Below are positions 26,117 to 38,486 of a DNA stretch of 64,000 nt, one piece after another. The stretch spans positions 2,301,404-2,365,403 of the forward strand of contig CAJFCJ010000007.1 in assembly GCA_904063045.1 (NCBI GenBank). Direction: 5' to 3'. The stretch is from Dimorphilus gyrociliatus (Eukaryota; Animalia; Annelida). The stretch's first letter is position 1. Every line of letters begins with the position of its first letter. Both the position numbers and the translations under genes were made by a program. The notes beneath the pieces were generated by a model. It was not told the origin of the DNA. It saw only the letters and a program-made list of their open reading frames with translations, and searched no databases.

Positions 26117-27173
26117 TTATTCGTTTATAACCTTCAATACAATCTTACCGATATTAGAATTCGCCTCCATCCGACGATGTGCGTCGCTGACATCCTTCAA
26201 ATCAAATATTGAATCGATTATCGGTTTTAACTTGCCGCTTTCGATACCAGGTAACACGTGTTTTCGTACGCTGTCAATCAGGTCATCTTTATAATCATCC
26301 GACCTTGATCTAAGTAATGTTCCGATAAGTGATGCTCTCTTTCTCATTAACTTCGCTAACAGATCGCCTTGTATGTTTGCTCCTCCCATCAGTCCATATA
26401 GAACCCATCTAGCATCGAGCGCCAAACATTCGGCGTTTTTCTCGCAATAAGATGCTCCAATGCAATCTAAAATAACATCTACTCCTTTTCCGTTAGTTAT
26501 TTCAAGAGTTTTCTCTTTAAAGTCAGCTTCCTTGTAATTGATAGCAACGGTTGCACCCATCTTAAGTCCCATCTGGCATTTTTCGTTTGATCCACATGTT
26601 ATGATAATATTTTTGGCTTTCGTCATTTTGGCTAGTTGTATGGCAGCCAATCCTACACCGCTGGTACCAGCATGAATTAGGACACTTTCTCCTTCACAGA
26701 GTTTACCAATAGTTAATAAAATCTGATATGCCGTGCACCAGACCTCGGGTACTCCACCTGCCTCAACCAGTCCGAGGTTAGGAGGAACAGAGAGGACATG
26801 TGACGATTTTACTGCAATGTATTCGGCATATCCGCCTCCAGACACCAAAGCCATAACGCGATCTCCTTTCTTCCAGCTTTGGTTGTCATCAGCTACTTCT
26901 TCAATCGTCCCTGCAACCTCAAGGCCTAGAATAGGGCTTATCCCTGGGCCCGGGTTATATGAGCCTTTACGCTATATATATTAAGTTACGTAATAAGTTA
27001 GATAAATTACATAAACGACAAAATTAGACTTGCACCTGTAACGTATCTGCTCTGTTAACCGCTGAAGCGACAACCTTTATCAATACTTCCCCTAATTTTG
27101 CTACCGGCTTGTTAGTTTCACCTAATGACATATTACCAGCATCGCCTTTAGTAAATTGAATAGCTTTCATCAT
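26117..27173 (-). CDS. TP53I3: Quinone oxidoreductase PIG3-like (MDR/zeta-crystallin family)
   Basis: LIKVVASAVNRADTLQ, GGGYAEY, PEVWCTAYQ, LIHAGTSGVGLAAIQ, YGLMGG, NIGKIVL. Confidence 0.9.
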
Positions 27174-27490
27174 ATTTCCAGCCAATATTTTAATAAACAG
27201 CTTCAGCGAAATCAGCAAAAGGACGATATAATATAATGGCAGTTAATACATATGGCGTTAAAAGGTTTATAATACATTGGTAGAGTCCATACTATTGCAC
27301 AATACACATACACAAAATGGCGCGAATTTTAAAATGGTTTTATACGGGTTATAGGTTATCGAAAATAATTTGTAGAAAAACAAAAATTAATCATCAGGAA
27401 CAACTTTACAACAAAAGAACGTCTAAAGATTAGTGACTAGAGTAAGAGTCCTAAAGACAACATCGACTCTTGAACAACAAAGAAGAAAAG

Positions 27491-28430
27491 TTAATCGTTT
27501 AGGGTTAAATGCTGTTCTTCAGGAAACTGTTGTCTCTTCCAAGATGGATTGGTTACAAGATAGACGACGATTCCTCCAAACGCCAATAGGAAGATTCCAA
27601 GAAAATTAATCAATATTCCTTCCGACTCGAATTTGTTGTACTTTAAATCTCTGTCAAAATCAGAAAGAAGAACCTTTTAGACAAACTTCGAAGAAAAAAA
27701 ACTGTTAACAAAATATACTCATACTTGGAAAATAGAGCTTTCTCGACTATTCCCATCATAGCGGCAGCAAGTGCGAAAGCGTAGATAAGAATTCCCCAGA
27801 AAACATGAATTGGTTTATAAATGTTCTTTAGTCTCAGAGCTAGTCCAGGCCAGAGAAACGTCACAAAGCCGGCTACCCATTGGAAACCGAAGAATATAAT
27901 AGTCATCAGACCGACCCAAGAGTGTAAAGAATACAGATTAGGGTCAGGTTTTTTTTTTAGATTGTGCGAATCGAAAACAGCCTTTAATCCTACAATTACG
28001 AAAATGAAAGATAAAATTTGAAGAGAGGCGTGGAGGACTTTTATCAAGGTCTTTCTATCATTGCGGAAAATCCGATAAACCAGTATAGCTGTATCAAATT
28101 ATATTTTAATATTTTATTACCATAGATTGTGAATGTATTGATGTTAAAGTGAATACGTACCATCACCATACAAGAAAATCATACCAATTACCATGAATAG
28201 GGGATGATAATTGAATTGATGAGTTGGATCGCCCTGCCACGCAAATCCACCTCTATAATGACCCATCCAAACTGCCACTGCAAAGATGATGCGTGTCAAA
28301 GACAGTCTATTAAATAATTTAACAAACCTAGAATAACCGATGTTAATCCAAAAACTTGGGCAACAAGCACCCACCACATAAATAGGCGAGTACTTCCAGG
28401 TGCATCAGGCTGACTTTCATAAGAATCCAT
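27491..28430 (-). CDS. Cytochrome b561 family (transmembrane ascorbate-dependent reductase)
   Basis: [26 protein letters not shown]...[18 protein letters not shown]: four heme-ligating His residues. Confidence 0.95.
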
Positions 28431-28965
28431 CTATATAATATGTTCAAAGTTAATTAATTATTTCAAAAAAGTTCCAGAATGTTTTATACATTCATTAGAT
28501 ATATGTTTTTCGATTGATGGAAAGGAAAAGTGTGTGACTTAAATCTGGGTTGAAAGCGAGTTACACTAAATTCATTGTCACAGGTTTAAGGTAGTTTCAA
28601 AGGCATATTTCATTACTAAAGGTAAAGCACTAGGATAGGCCAGGAGATATATCTATTTTCGCTCAAGAAATTTAAATAAAACACTGATTTTTAAATACGA
28701 ATCAATGTAGCCAAACATCAGTTATTAATAAAAAGTTATTACAAACCAATAAGTAAAGTTGCTATACCTTGTACTGTCTTTCCAAGTGAACACGTCCCGA
28801 CAGATGTTTGCTTTCGGCCACTTATTTATTTCGACTGGTCCCCTAGTCGATACTAAGCAGATTAATAAAAAGTAATGCAAGTTTTTCTCGACTGGTAAGA
28901 TTTTATTATACTTGTATTTTCATAAGATAAGATGAATATTTATAGAAAAAAGAAACGTCTAAATT

Positions 28966-30576
28966 TTAAAATTTCTTCTTCTTCTTTCCTCTTCTCTTCT
29001 TCGAGTCCCTCATTTGTTCGCTCTCCTCTTTAATCTTTTCTCGTGTCATAGCATCCTGATCGTCTTCGCCGCTGTTCTCATCTTCGTCGAACATGGTTTT
29101 AGATTGTTCCAATGGAAATTTAACACGTTGATTGTATCTTGGTAGACCAAATTCTCGCGAATTAAATTCTTCCTCTTCCATCCTTCTTTGTGTTTCATCT
29201 AAATCGACATTTTCCAACTCTTGTAGTAATTTTAATAGTTTTTCCTCGCAAACAGACAATTGCTCCAGAACGTATTCATCCGACTGTGGTGACACTTTAG
29301 CTTTCTGTACGTTTGATTTTGATGCTTTCAGGCTCTTTAGTTTTTCTGATAAATGATTTACACCACTCTTTGACTCAACTAAAGTTTTAGAGCTTCTCTC
29401 CAATTTTTCCTTAGAGAGGATTCTACGGTGTTCTTCCTTCTCTAATATTTCTTCGTATCTTTCCAACATTCTCTCGCCATCAGATAATTTCTTTTCGCCT
29501 GTATACTTTTTCTCTTCAAACTCTTCATCCAACTTTTCTTTCCTCTCTCTAAGCCGTCCAATCTCTTTCTGATTTTGTTTCTTAAGTTCTTCTAGATGTT
29601 GTTGAGTTTCTCCCTGATTTTCAAATCTCTTAACAACTTCTTGTGTATCATGGACGCTGGTAGCCTCCTTAATTACTTTAAAGGCTTGTTCGTAGGACGT
29701 GATTTTTTGTTGTTCTTCCTCCGATCCCAAATTAATCTGCTGCGCAGCCTGATCATCTCCAGTAAGCGAATTTCTTTGTTGCATACGTCTCTCAACTCTA
29801 TCGTGGTAAGCTTGCTTTTCTTCCGCAATTTTCTTCATTTCCTGTAATTCTATTTCTCTTTGCTTTCTATCAGCATAGACCTTACGCTCTTTCTTTTCCA
29901 GTTCACTCTTTGCAACGTTCTTGGCAATTTCCGCATCATCCCGCATTGTTTTAAGTTCCCTCAGCTCTTCTTGGCATCTTCTTATTTCCATTTCCATGTT
30001 ATTAATAGTATTATCGAAACCTTTATGTTCGCCTTCTAATTTCGATTTAATTTCTAAGTACGTTTTACGGATATGTTCAGCTTCTTTACACTTTAGATTT
30101 GATTTATCTAAGCGGTTTTCCAAGTCACGAAGGCGCTGAGCTTCAGGGGATTCTCCGGCATCAGTTGCTACAGCATCACTGGCATCCTTTACTTTTTGAT
30201 TATATTCTGTTCTCTTCGTTTCCAATTTCTTCTGAAGTGTTACTGTCCTGTTCCTCATTGAATCAAGCTGTTTCAATTTGTCTGATACTTTCTCATCCAT
30301 CTTTTCAACGGCAGTCAGTCCTGTCTTATTTTTGTAAGCCATCCTTTCTTTGGGACGATCAACAAAGGCCTTGTTAATAACATCTTGATCGGCTGCTTTC
30401 TGCTCAGCGATGGTTTTATACAAAGATTTCAATTCTGATCGCTTCTTGGCAATCATCTCTTTGTTTTGTTTTCTTGTCCATTCTGACGACTCTAGATAAG
30501 CCTTTTGGTCACCTTCTATAAGTGTTATCTTTGCCTTAATTTCCTCAATCTGCTGAAGTACAGTCGGTTGAGACAT
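28966..30576 (-). CDS. CCDC151: Outer dynein arm docking complex subunit 3, single exon; true ATG at 30576
   Basis: Long coiled coil; KITLIEGDQKAYLESSEW matches the recalled CCDC151 N-terminal motif. The ORF-track start at 30621 is a TTG. Confidence 0.88.
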   Translation of the reverse strand: MSQPTVLQQIEEIKAKITLIEGDQKAYLESSEWTRKQNKEMIAKKRSELKSLYKTIAEQKAADQDVINKAFVDRPKERMAYKNKTGLTAVEKMDEKVSDKLKQLDSMRNRTVTLQKKLETKRTEYNQKVKDASDAVATDAGESPEAQRLRDLENRLDKSNLKCKEAEHIRKTYLEIKSKLEGEHKGFDNTINNMEMEIRRCQEELRELKTMRDDAEIAKNVAKSELEKKERKVYADRKQREIELQEMKKIAEEKQAYHDRVERRMQQRNSLTGDDQAAQQINLGSEEEQQKITSYEQAFKVIKEATSVHDTQEVVKRFENQGETQQHLEELKKQNQKEIGRLRERKEKLDEEFEEKKYTGEKKLSDGERMLERYEEILEKEEHRRILSKEKLERSSKTLVESKSGVNHLSEKLKSLKASKSNVQKAKVSPQSDEYVLEQLSVCEEKLLKLLQELENVDLDETQRRMEEEEFNSREFGLPRYNQRVKFPLEQSKTMFDEDENSGEDDQDAMTREKIKEESEQMRDSKKRRGKKKKKF

Positions 30577-30601
30577 TTTCTCTTCAACTCTTTCGTTCCT
30601 T

Positions 30602-30622
30602 GTTGCTATGGACCTTAGCAAC
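30602..30622. promoter_or_regulatory. RFX X-box-like element upstream of CCDC151
   Basis: GTTGCTATGGACCTTAGCAAC: GTTGCTA and TAGCAAC arms in inverted orientation, 26-46 bp upstream of the ATG of a ciliary gene. Confidence 0.7.
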
Positions 30623-31556
30623 TACGCGGAGCTTAGACAACTTGATGGTATTACTAAACTATGTCTGTAGTTTTTGCTATCGTTCTAGCAATACCGTAAA
30701 CAGTCGGCAGGCTTGCTCTTAATTTTATTACTTTTAGAAGTTATAATATATAATATTTTTAATCTATATTCTTATTGGGTAAATACGGGTCAATACGATG
30801 CGAATTTCAACATTCAAGTTGAATGTTAATTTTTATGTATGGAATATTTAAGCACCCTATCATTCAATACTCTAAAATGAGAAAAAAGTCGATATTAGAT
30901 AAAAGGCGTCTATATTTTTTAACACCTAAAATATCGACATTTCCTTAAAAGTTGAAAAAATTGTCACGTTTCGGTCTATGCTAATAAAATAATAACATAT
31001 AAGAGGTAAATGAAGCAATTAAGACTATTTAATAAAAAAATTGCACATAATCCTATTGCTCTTACAAGAATGAATATTTCATAGACTAGTGATAATTAAA
31101 ATAATAGTGTGATGTCTCTTGATTGCAACTGTTAGTCAAAATAAACAGACTTTTGTCAAATAGGCTTGAAAAATTCAAACATTTTACATAACCTATCACG
31201 TGGTATGAATAAGGATCTCCTATTGGATGGAAGCTATTTCCGGATTTGGGAATTGCCAAGAAAGTTGAATAGCATTTGATAAAGTTGAATGTCTCTTCTT
31301 TTTGTGTAGAATGACTAATCAACTCGTAATTCACGACCCTATGTAATATACTGAAAATAAATATAATTTTACTCTTTTATATGATTTCTGAAATAAATAC
31401 TTAATATATTGGATTTCTTTATTACCTTGTTACTTTTGAGCGATAAAAAGTGCTGTGAAATTATCTGAAGGCGTATTACACTTCCCACTGGTTTAAAGAA
31501 GTTCTTTGCGATAATTTTTTTCAAAAAAGGAAATCTTCAAACTAGTAAACTGCAGA

Positions 31557-34097
31557 ATGTTTTTGAATTCTCTCAGAAGCGAAACTCCTAAATGGATTAT
31601 TTTAGTGAGATAGAATATTATTCAAAAATTAATAGAACTTTTAAAAAAATATTCTTCGAAATTTAGATTCTTTGGATATTAGCTAACATTGGAATGTTTA
31701 TTGGATTTTTCGTAAAATATCAAGTTTCTGACGAATATTTCTATCTTCGTAAGATCGTAGGGGTAAGTTACAACACCTAGTAAATAAATGAAAGATATTT
31801 GTTAATAAACATCACACACTTTTCAGATTAATTTAGCTGTTGCAAGAGCCTCAGCTAGTTGCTTGAATCTTAATTGTACGTTATTGTTGCTACCTGTTTG
31901 TAGAAATCTTATTTCCTTTTGGAGAGTGAGCTGTCAAGTAAATAGTTTATAGAGTTTGTTGAAATATTAAATACTCTAACTATATGTTAACAGCGATGCA
32001 AAACAAATGTCAGGAGACAGCTTGACAACAACATTATCTTTCACAAGTTCATCGCCTATGCAATTTGCTTATTTACAGGTTTACATTGAGTAATTGTTTA
32101 TTGTACTTATTGCTAAACCGGATATATCAATATCATTTCAGCGATGCATTATTACTCTCATACTGTTAATTTTGAGCGTTTTATAGACGCTCACCATCAG
32201 GAGGGTTTATTATCTAAATTGTCGAATTTAGGAAATGCAAAAAATCAAACTTACATCAATCCAATTCGATCACCTAACACAGTAATTTATATATCATATT
32301 TTAATTATCTAATTAAATAATGTTTTCCCAACAATTAAAAAACTATAGAATCCAATGTTGGAGCTAGTTAAATGTGTTGCTGGTATAACTGGGGTCATAA
32401 TGACAATGGCATTAGTCATAATTGTCTCATCGTCAACCCAACTTATTAGGTTAAATAATAGCATCCGTTAATTTCTATTTTTAAATCCTTATCAATTGAT
32501 AGACGATCATACTTTGAAGCATTTTGGTTTACTCATCACTTGTTTGTTTTGTTTTATATTTTCTTAGTTACACATGGCTTAGGGTACGTTAAATCTTTGC
32601 CTTATATAAATAAATATAAATGTTATTTAAATAATTCCAATACCGTTTAAAATATTGCAGAGGCATGGTTAGAAAGCAGAGTAATGTTGCTCAACATGAT
32701 CCGGAGAAATGTCAAAACCTTTTATGGGGAGGTGCCAATAGTAAGAATTGTCCAGTTCCTCAGTTCGAACCCCCGGGAGTTTCGGTAATAGAATTAGTAA
32801 AGTAAAATTATGCAAGTATAGTTATACTTGTTCCTTAGAGCTGGAAATGGGTAATTGGTCCGATTTGCTTATATTTATTGGAAAGATTTTTACGCTTTCT
32901 GAAAAGCCTTAGGCCAGTCAACATTTTCGAGGTAGATTTAATTAAAAGTTCTATAATTTATGTCGTTAGTTTATATGCAATAATAAATAGATTCCATATA
33001 TCAATATAAATATACAGTACAGAACATTAATAAATAGGTCATTCAACATCCTTCAAAAGTAATTGAAATAAGACTGCATAAAGAAAAATTAGATCCAATG
33101 CCAGGAGAATATGTTTTACTTAAATGTATGGAGATATCTAAATTAGAGTGGCATCCTTTCACCTTAACTTCCGTAAGTGCTAGTTTTACTTAAGATTAAT
33201 GATTTAGGTAAGAATAAGTTATTCTTTAACGCCACAGGCTCCAGATGACAACTATTTAAGCGTTCATATAAGAGTAGCCGGCGATTGGACAGAGAAACTC
33301 TACGAAATATGCACAGCTGAGAGACGACAAAAACCCAAGTACGTGATTTACAGGACATCGTTTAATAATCCAGAAGGTCACATATTTACGGCTTTTTAGA
33401 TTAGCTATTGACGGTCCTTTCGGTACTGCAACAGAAGACGTTTTCAGGTACCAAGTAGACGTTATGATTGGCGCTGGTATCGGAATAACACCTTTTGCTT
33501 CGGTATTGAAACATATATGGTTCGTTGTGATATTCTAAAAGCTTTAATGAGATAAGAAAGCATATTCCGTTCCTTCGTAGGCATAAATTGCAACAATCAT
33601 CCGAGAAACCGATAAAATTACGAAAAGTTCATTTCTTTTGGATTTGCGGCAGTACAGCTTCGTTTGAATGGTTTCGAGAGCTTCTTTCAGACCTTGAGCT
33701 GAAAATTAGAAATTCTGGATCTCCAGATTTTCTGTCTTATCACGTTTACTTGACAAGGGGCTGGGATAATAGAATGGTAAACACTTGTTCTTTTAATAAT
33801 CCGTCTATTTGACGTAAGAATAAAAGAGAATATCTTACTACCCAGGCGAGAGATATCGTAAGTCGGGATCGAGAATCGAAGGATCCTCTAACCGGATTAT
33901 CTCAGAAAACTTTTTTTGGACGGCCAGAATGGCCTAAGCTCTTTCAAAGCTTCCTTCACGATCATCCTGGAGTGAAAATTGGTGTGTTTTGCTGTGCTCC
34001 GTCAGGCTTGGTTAAAGAAGTGAACAAATGCTGTCAAGACTATTCATCATCAAACGAACAAAACACAGAGTTTATTTTCAATACGGAGCATTTCTAA
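31557..34097 (+). CDS. NADPH oxidase of the NOX2/gp91phox type (no EF-hands), ~14 short exons
   Basis: [12 protein letters not shown]...LLPVCRN; heme His pairs (FHK...MHYYSH; THHLF...THG); WHPFTLTS; DGPFG; GAGIGITPF; FWIC; GRPEW; terminal EHF. Confidence 0.95.
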
Positions 34098-34362
34098 ACT
34101 TTCTCATTCTGAAACTTCTAATTTCTCTTTAAATGCTTTCTTTTTTAATACTTTTACCTCACTCTATTTTCGAGATATTATTTACATCTGCTTTCTCTAT
34201 ATCTCTCTCATTTTCACTTATATATATATAACACTCGCGCAAGCAGACACTCATATATATATATATATATATATGTAGGTGCAAACTTTCAAATATATTC
34301 GCTTTCCTATTCTTTCTTCTATCTTTCGCTAATCTTAAGTATAAACGCATGTAGTTATCCAA

Positions 34363-35409
34363 TTATAAAGCTGTCTGTCGTCTATTATTATCCGTTTTCC
34401 ATTCTTCGTGAGCTAAAGATGAATCACGGTGTCTATGTCGTCCTCGGCAAAGGAGAAGTTGAAGTCCGTGACGAAAAGTTTTTGAATTTAAAGTATAAAT
34501 AAAGGGATTTGTTGCAGAACTTATAATAGGCAAGAACTCAACTATCGTAAAAGTAAATACAACATTATGAACGTTGTACCCATGGGCCAAAAAGAGATAA
34601 AAAATGAAAGAGGGTCCATTACATATGGCAAATAGGACAGCAACCCAAAGCATCATTTTCGCAAGATTTTTCCTTAAGCGCACAGCTCTAGAAGGAGCAG
34701 ATGGAGTATTCTCAGAGTTTTTAAACAATGTCATAAATATACACCAATACGACACAGATATTTGGATGAGAGGCAAAGCGAAGTAGAATGTAAATAAGAA
34801 TATGTGGTATTGGTTCGCCGCTTTACTGTATTGTTTACCGAATATCGAGCAATAATGCAACACGTTGCCATTTGACATATTTAAAACTCGAATTTCCGCG
34901 AAATAAATGGGAATCGGTAATGTGCACATAAGAGCCACGAACCATATGCATATAAGTATTTTTTTTGCCCTTCCTATTGAACAAGCGCTTTTTGCCTTTA
35001 AAGGGTAAACTATGAGTATAAAACGTTCCAAACTTATGGCGACTATTGTATGAAATCCAACAGCTGAGAAGAGAGCTTGAAAGAAATTTGCCGTCTTGCA
35101 GTAATTTTTATTTGTATAATGCTTTGACGTGTCGGACGTAAACGGTAGCAGTAAATCAACCAAGAACAACGGCCTGTAGACGATGGACGATATGAGATCG
35201 CACAAAGCCAAATTAACTATGAATATAATAGTTGCGTTCTGTCTTAACGATCTTCTTTTCCATACGAGAAGTAGAACCAATAAGTTTCCAGTCACCGCTA
35301 TTAAGTTACCTAGAATATTGAAGCTAGCAGCCGCGTATCTTACGGCTGAAAATTGAAAAAAGTCCGAATAATTATGAGAAGCATAAAGAGTTGTTGAGTT
35401 GGTATCCAT
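34363..35409 (-). CDS. Class A (rhodopsin-like) orphan GPCR, single exon
   Basis: Seven TM segments; GNLLV, NLALCDL, SLERF, extracellular Cys, NPFIY; N-terminal glycosylation sites. Confidence 0.93.
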   Translation of the reverse strand: MDTNSTTLYASHNYSDFFQFSAVRYAAASFNILGNLIAVTGNLLVLLLVWKRRSLRQNATIIFIVNLALCDLISSIVYRPLFLVDLLLPFTSDTSKHYTNKNYCKTANFFQALFSAVGFHTIVAISLERFILIVYPLKAKSACSIGRAKKILICIWFVALMCTLPIPIYFAEIRVLNMSNGNVLHYCSIFGKQYSKAANQYHIFLFTFYFALPLIQISVSYWCIFMTLFKNSENTPSAPSRAVRLRKNLAKMMLWVAVLFAICNGPSFIFYLFLAHGYNVHNVVFTFTIVEFLPIISSATNPFIYTLNSKTFRHGLQLLLCRGRHRHRDSSLAHEEWKTDNNRRQTAL

Positions 35410-35815
35410 TAGTACAACCAGCGCTGACTCAGTCCTAAGTGAAGTAGTTGCTTACGACCCACCAAACAGTATGTTTACTTATTCGATTACGTTTCTCTAC
35501 GTTCTAAAACAATGCTTCCGTAGCCGCAATCAAGTCATTTCCGTCGGTCAGCAATATGATCCGGGACTGAAAATCAATTTTTTAATATTTTTTGGTACGA
35601 TCTCCTTCGTTTTCTCAGTCTCTCTCTCTTCGCTTATGAAGTGCAATGAAAACACCGTCGCTTATCGGTGTGAGCTTTTAAACATCAAAGGCGCCTGGGG
35701 CGGTCTTTCCGACAGCCGCCAGATGACGTTATTGCTTGAGTTGAAGTGCTAAAGTTGAGTTTCTTCATTCAATTCAGCTCAAATATGAATAGCGAGTCGA
35801 GAGACGCCAGGACGT

Positions 35816-37041
35816 ATGGACGATACGGATATAGCCTTTCTTTGCTACCGCTATATCTCTTTAGGCATTATCGCGGTGGCGGCCATCGTCGGGAACACGC
35901 TGATTTCCACAACCATCATAAGACATAGGCGTCTTAGAACAGCTGAAAATATGTTCTACCTTGCCTTGTCCCTCTCTGATTTAACGGCTGCAGTATTTTA
36001 TCCACTCTATAACCTTAATCATGCAGGCCTTCAACAAGTGAACTCTGTTCTAGGAAAATGGCCTGTTTGTCTACTGATAATTTCCTGCTACGTGAGCTAT
36101 TAATTTTTTTCTTTAAAAAAACAAAAAACAAAAAAAAAATAAAAAAAAACACACACACAATGTAGAAAAGAAGTAGGTTAAATTTTATCTTCCATTTTCC
36201 TCAAGTTTATTAATTAATTTATTCATTTTACATATTTATTATTATTATTTGTTGTTTTTTTTTTGCTTTTCTTTCAAAGGATACAGCTTATAAACTCTCG
36301 GCGTGGCTACTTGTTGCATTAACTACCGTACGTTTCATCTCAATTAGGAATCCACTTCGTTTCCAATCGCTACTGACTACAAAACGGGCTATTATTTGTA
36401 TTGTTTCTTTGTCAAGCTTCATTATAATATTCAACTTTCTATTACATACAATCGTTGCCAAACCGTCCGACTATGATGAAAGTTGCTATTTCGAACGAGT
36501 CTATTATTTACATCATTGTATCATAGTTGTTGTTATGGCTTTTCTACTTCCGTTTTCTATCATATTGATCCTTTATATTAATATGTACTGCATTGCAAGG
36601 AAACAAATACGTTTTGTAGCTACCGATGTTAAAGATACAGATTCAGCTGTTTGGAAAAGGGAGTTGAACCTATTCAAAGTCGTTTCCATACTCCTCGGCT
36701 TCTATCTGATAGCTTGGCTACCAATTTCCATTTACCTGATAGTAGCCATTGTCTGCAAGTCCTGCAAAATCAACAAATACGCAACGTAAGGTTTCTTCCT
36801 TACTTAAAAATTTTACTATTAAATGAATTTCTATTGGTATTGTTTGAGTTATTGTTTGTTTTTTTGTTTATGTTATAACAGAGCTACTATAAGGTTAATG
36901 GTATTTATGAATTGCGCAGCCAACGTCATCATATACTCGACCCGAATGACAGACTTCAGAGAATCTATACGAGATGATTTCAGGAAGTGGTGTTCATGTC
37001 AACGTTCCGAACCAAGATCAAATGAAATAGAACTTGGTTAA
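35816..37041 (+). CDS. Class A GPCR with non-canonical DRY and NPxxY motifs, 3 exons
   Basis: GNTL...LSLSDL (TM1-2); spliced TM3 LLVALTTVRFISIRNPLRF; AWLP (TM6); NVIIY (TM7). Introns follow SCY| and fall within T|. Confidence 0.85.
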
Positions 37042-37163
37042 TCCTTTCTTATTCTTTTTTCTTTCTTTTACTTTTACTTATAATGAAAGATAATAGTTAG
37101 AAAACAGAAAGCAATAACTATGTTCTGCCGTTAAAGATATGTTTATTTCGTTGACAAATAGTT

Positions 37164-38486
37164 TTACATGGTTGAACAAGAATCTCTTCGTTCTTTCTCA
37201 ATAGTCATTGGTTTAATTGATGATGGCACGTTAATCTGTTGCTGGTAGATGGCGTGGTCGGTTTGCAGACGGCCGCAGGCCGAAAGAGCGGCGGCTTCAA
37301 GCACTAGAGCGGCTCTAGCGGGTTGCGTAATAGATGAAAGCTCCGAATAAACGGTTGCTCCTATTGAAGCACTAGTTGAGATTGCCTAAGTAAAGAAATC
37401 AATATACTCGTAAGCAGGTTCATTATAAATAATTATTCTGAGTAAATACAGAGAAAGTATATCTATGAATTAAGTATGGATATAAATGTTAGTTAATCCA
37501 ATTTATTATGTATGACAAACTTTTCATTACTCCTTATTAGAGGCTAATTACTCACATTCCGATGAGCATCAGGCGATCGTAAGTCCATTTTTAAACCGAC
37601 TAATATAATCGGCTTTTCGGGATAGTGATTCTTCAACCAATTAATCCACTGTAGGGGCGACGATTCAGATGCAAAATTGAATTACGAGCAAATGAGGTGG
37701 AGGGAAAATGTAAAATTCTCTTACGTGCCATCGGAAATGCTATTTATGTTTATTTATTAAGAACTCATTCAGTATATTCTTACCTTTGAAGTAATTCTTT
37801 CCAAGGAGTTGTTCTTACTAACGTCGAAACATAATAGAACAACGTCTACACAATCGACAACGTCTCCCTTTTCTTTCTTCTCTATTGTCGATATTTCTAA
37901 GGGCGCTAACTTAACCAACGTCCGTTGGTTCACTTTATGCGTGTAAGACACAAGGGTCGATACCGGAAGAGCGTCTAAAAGAGAAATATGCACTCGTCTT
38001 GAAAATTACACATGAAATACATAAAACGTTATATTACATATATTCGATTTTATATGTCTACATATTACATAAAAAATGAGGAGAGAATACATACAACAGA
38101 GGAAAAAAGAAAGAAAGAGGGAAAGAAAGAGAAAGGGAGAAAGATAGATAGATAGAGAAGAGTAAAAGAAACAAAATATACTGCATGTATGGATATATCA
38201 GAATAAACAATTTATTGATATAAGTAGCGAAATGAACTGACAAAAGTGGATATTGCATGCATAGTAATCTAATATTCCTAAATTATCGAATATTTTAACG
38301 CTTTTAACTTTAAATATTCAACCAACCAAAGCTTTCCTGAGACGCATATTTCGTTCCAGTCGACCACAGAGTTGTTTTACCTGACGAAGAATCGCCGCAC
38401 AGTAGAACAGTTCTTCTCAATAAGTGTAGGCTACCTCCTCCGTTACCATCGTTCTTCTGTAGGGAGGAGCGCTGCCGTGACGTCAT
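37164..38486 (-). CDS. Atypical Rho-family GTPase-like protein, multi-exon
   Basis: P-loop GDSSSGKTT; DVVLLCFDVSKNNSLERITSKW; IILVGLKMDLR (Rho G4); YSELSS; C-terminal CaaX CSTM. One internal junction is uncertain. Confidence 0.8.

Noticed and set aside
31086-31334. 82-aa minus-strand ORF with flanking splice-like signals
   Set aside because: GTG start, no in-frame ATG in the candidate upstream exon, and no recognisable motifs. It could be a UTR exon.
34250-34275. (TA)n microsatellites (also near 8180, 52915, 61900)
   Set aside because: Ordinary simple repeats in an AT-rich genome.
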